Under the pieces are notes generated by a model. The model saw nothing but the letters and a program-made list of their open reading frames with translations, had not been told where the DNA came from and did not search any database. The position numbers and the translations under genes were made by a program. DNA of 64,000 nt, from positions 188,232,001 through 188,296,000 of the forward strand of contig OZ024742.1 of NCBI GenBank assembly GCA_964016885.1. The letters run 5' to 3'. Below are positions 61,095 through 64,000 of the stretch, piece after piece; positions within the stretch are counted from its first letter, which is position 1; each line of letters opens with the position of its first letter. The DNA comes from Eledone cirrhosa (Eukaryota).

Positions 61095-61095
61095 C
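60647..61095 (+). mobile_element. Two tandem tRNA-derived SINEs (60647-60836, 60839-61095), the second with a long (ATT)n tail
   Basis: Both match 41245-41440. Confidence 0.9.
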
Positions 61096-61305
61096 ATTGG
61101 CGACCTACGTAGTAAATCGTATCATCGTGAGCTCCGCAAAGGTTTGTTATTTCCGTTTGATAAAAATTGTCATTTATGGAAAATTTTATTGTTAACTGTT
61201 TATAAGCGCACATACATTGTTTTCCGAAAAGGACACCCAAAAAGATTGGGGCCTTGTGCCCAAAATTTAAACTTTTATTATTATCAAAAAAATTTCTTTG
61301 AAAAA

Positions 61306-63256
61306 ATGGCTAATTCACCTCTGCACGAAGCAGCTGAAAGCCTTCCTCACAAATTAACACCTCACACCGACACCACCATTGTAAATGTTACTACGTTTGC
61401 CAACACAAAAAAAAATATAAGCACTAGCAATATTTTAAATTTGTCTCAGGCAGACATTCATTTCCCGCCATTACCAATGACTGCAGGTGTTAAAGCCTCC
61501 ACCACCACCGCGACAACAGAAACAAAAGAAGAAAAAAATAAATTAACTCGTGATGTCGAAATGAAATCAAGCAAAATGGACTCTTCCCCACCAAAGACGA
61601 CTGACGTCACCACAACCACAACTGAAACTAAAATTAATATTAACGATAGCAACAACAACAACAATGACATTATAAAAACCCCCCTCAGTTTCGCCAGAGT
61701 AGCAAAACAGTTCGAAGCATTTACGGTAACTCAGGAGGATTTAGAAAATGCCAAACAAATGGTAAAGAAAGATGGGTACAGGGTCAGCCTCACCCCCACC
61801 TAATAAAATGGAGCATCGGCGCCTATGCACCGTGTCGTATAGAACAATAAATGTAAAATCGCGCCGAGTGGAACGGGCATCCGAGTCCCAAATCCAAAAA
61901 GCTTTGGGACATGTGTGGGCAAGAAAAACTCACATCAGACGTGGGCAAAAGTATGGAACCGTGGACGTGTTCTTTGAAACACCAGAGGAGGCTAGAGAAC
62001 ACTCCATGGCCCCATTAAGAAGTGACGACTTCACACTCGTCCCAAGCTATTGTGGCCAGAGACTCGTAAAGATCAGGGTGACCCACGTTCCACCGGCCAT
62101 CGAAATTCCCTGGCTAATAGCGGCTGTCCTCGCCGGCATCGAAGCCAACACGAAAATAATAGCAATAGCAAAAGAAAAGCAGGAGAACTGGTCCGGATCT
62201 GGGATGGAGCTCCTGATCCAAGCGGACCAAAAAAGCATTGAGGAGATCCCAGAGGTAATAGACCTCACTCACGGCAGCCACCTCACGGTAATTGTCGAGG
62301 GCAGAAGACCTAGGTGTGTCGTTTGTGGTGAAGGAACCCACCTAAGGGCTTTCTGCCCTCAGGCTAAAAGGTTGAGGCCACCTCTCCTACCCACCCCAGT
62401 GACACAACCATCAACACCACCAGTAGCAGAGATGGCAGCAACAACTGTAGCAGCAACAACAGAAGCAACTATAACAGCAACAACCCCAGCAACAGTAGCA
62501 AAACCAACACCACCACCACCACCAGCAAAACCAACACCACCACGACCCAACGCTTCAGAACTAGCACCAGCGCCTACACCATCCACCACGCCACAACCAA
62601 AACTAACGGCTGTGGAGGATTTTCCACTCCCCGGCCTATCACAACTGGAGACAGATCGTGACGACGAGGAGTGGGAAACGATATCCGGAAAAAAAAAAAG
62701 AAACCAAAAAAGAAAAAATTCTCTTCCTTCCCCCTCCAAAAACAAAATACAGAGGGAAACAAATACATTAAGAAACAAAAAAGTTAGGACAGATATGCCA
62801 CCATCCACACCAGCATCACCAACCCCATCAACCCAAACACCAACACCATCACCATCATTAACCCCAACACCACCATCACCTACACCACAAAAGTAACCAA
62901 AATGCGAAACAGAAACAAACCCACAACAAACGCAAACAAAACAAAACAACCAAAACGATACACACTACACAGCATTACATTTGAACAACAAGCAATTATT
63001 ACACTACATCCAACACAACACCAGCATCACAGAAAAAGACTACACAACAACCCCAAAATTCACACCACCTCCACACATACAAATCACTCGCATCACACAG
63101 AAAATGTACATGACACTAAAACAAAAATTCCCCAAAGACATCGGAGACTTCCGACAAGCACTCTCCAGGAGGATTTATAAGGACATCCTTCCTGAGAAGG
63201 CCACAAGCAATGAAAAGGATGGAAAAACCGTCCTTCCCCTACGAGAAGTAAGGTAA
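61306..63256 (+). pseudogene. Tx1-like ORF1 (CCHC zinc knuckle, Pro/Thr-rich tail), split by frameshifts and a stop
   Basis: Pieces 61306-61803, 61772-62896 (CVVCGEGTHLRAFC = CX2CX4HX4C) and 62981-63256, ending 34 nt before ORF2. Confidence 0.7.
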
Positions 63257-63290
63257 GTGGTCTTTCCCATCTTTTCCACTCCTTTTCAAC

Positions 63291-64000
63291 ATGACCTCAC
63301 TCAGAATAGGCAGCATAAATGCGCGTAGCTTGGGGTCGTCATGGAGGCAGGGCCACCTGCTCAACGACCTAAGGTCACTAAACATAGATGTAGTGGCCAT
63401 CAGCGAGACCAGAATCTCCGAAGCACAGGCTTTCGCACCGATCCTCGGCGGCTACGATGTGTACGCATCTCCCAGCCGTCCGGGATCGGGGGGAGGAGTT
63501 GCTCTGCTTTTTCGGAGAGGTTTGGATCTTGCCATACGGGCCATCTTCCTGGACCCAGAAGGTAAGTTGGTGGTGCTGGACGTGACCAGCGGAGACGGGC
63601 AAGCTTTCAGGTTAGTGGCCGTCTATGCCCCGACAGGAGCAGGGCGGCCTGATTTCTTCCGGCGTCTGGAGACCTTTCTTGGAACGTCCCGCTCTTTAGT
63701 GTTAGTGGGCGACTGGAACGGGATCTTAGATGCACGCTGTGATTGTGTGGGATTAGTGGATAGGGAAGGAGGGTGCAAGAGTCTCACCAGCCTGCTCAGA
63801 CGTTTTGAACTGTCTGACAGGTACCGAATGGATTTCCCGAATGTACCAATGTGGACTTGGACAAATCGCATAGGGTCATCCAGATCATATCTAGATAGAG
63901 TATTTTGTAGGGAAATAGATAGGTCTAGCATAGGCTGTCCACAATTCAAGATAGTCAGCTACACGGACCACAAATTCGTGATCTGTGTGCTTGAATTAGA
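63291..64000 (+). CDS. ORF2 N-terminal APE endonuclease (open to the window end; absent from the ORF track)
   Basis: Hand translation MTSLRIGSINARSL...VAISETR...GGGVA...VYAP...VGDWN...WTW...SYLDRVF...TDHK with no stop. Confidence 0.92.
   Translation, partial: MTSLRIGSINARSLGSSWRQGHLLNDLRSLNIDVVAISETRISEAQAFAPILGGYDVYASPSRPGSGGGVALLFRRGLDLAIRAIFLDPEGKLVVLDVTSGDGQAFRLVAVYAPTGAGRPDFFRRLETFLGTSRSLVLVGDWNGILDARCDCVGLVDREGGCKSLTSLLRRFELSDRYRMDFPNVPMWTWTNRIGSSRSYLDRVFCREIDRSSIGCPQFKIVSYTDHKFVICVLEL

Larger units (their letters stand above)
61097..64000 (+). mobile_element. L1/Tx1-clade non-LTR retrotransposon, 5' portion
   Basis: Zinc-knuckle ORF1 followed by APE-containing ORF2. The 5' boundary at the end of the (ATT)n is inferred. 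Confidence 0.85.

Noticed and set aside
61009-61305. Poly-Ile N-terminal extension of the 264-aa ORF
   Set aside because: It is read-through of the SINE (ATT)n tail. The plausible start is the ATG at 61306.
62359-62949. 196-aa Gly/Val-rich minus-strand ORF
   Set aside because: It is antisense to the Pro/Thr-rich part of ORF1.

Overview
AT-rich, microsatellite-saturated eukaryotic (animal) DNA with no host gene I can support. Almost all ORF-track entries are (TA)n/(CA)n/(GA)n read-through. The tRNA-derived SINEs resemble those of octopod/coleoid cephalopods (inference from memory, not a search). Recognisable retroelements: a young L1/Tx1-clade element at 61.1-64 kb (zinc-knuckle ORF1; APE ORF2 open from 63291 to the window edge and missed by the ORF track), R4/Dong-clade RT and REL-endonuclease fragments, RTE fragments, three copies of a ~600 bp non-autonomous RTE derivative, and about nine tRNA-SINE copies. 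DNA transposons: a 2.5 kb non-autonomous Helitron and Tigger/Tc-mariner remnants. The main signal is a dense population of short, non-coding inserts of 90-850 bp sitting inside (TA)n tracts. They belong to at least 8 unrelated sequence families, and most carry a type I hammerhead ribozyme (CUGAnGA...GAAA...NUH, often with a palindromic stem III), several followed by AATAAA. They recur in three architectures: near-perfect fold-back palindromes with a one-sided tail, 5' inversion-deletions with microhomology, and 1.3-1.4-mer partial tandems of 560-610 nt units. This points to (TA)n-targeted Penelope-like pLTR / retrozyme-type mobile RNAs, including unusual core variants (U3-A8, U4A). All folding was done by eye.
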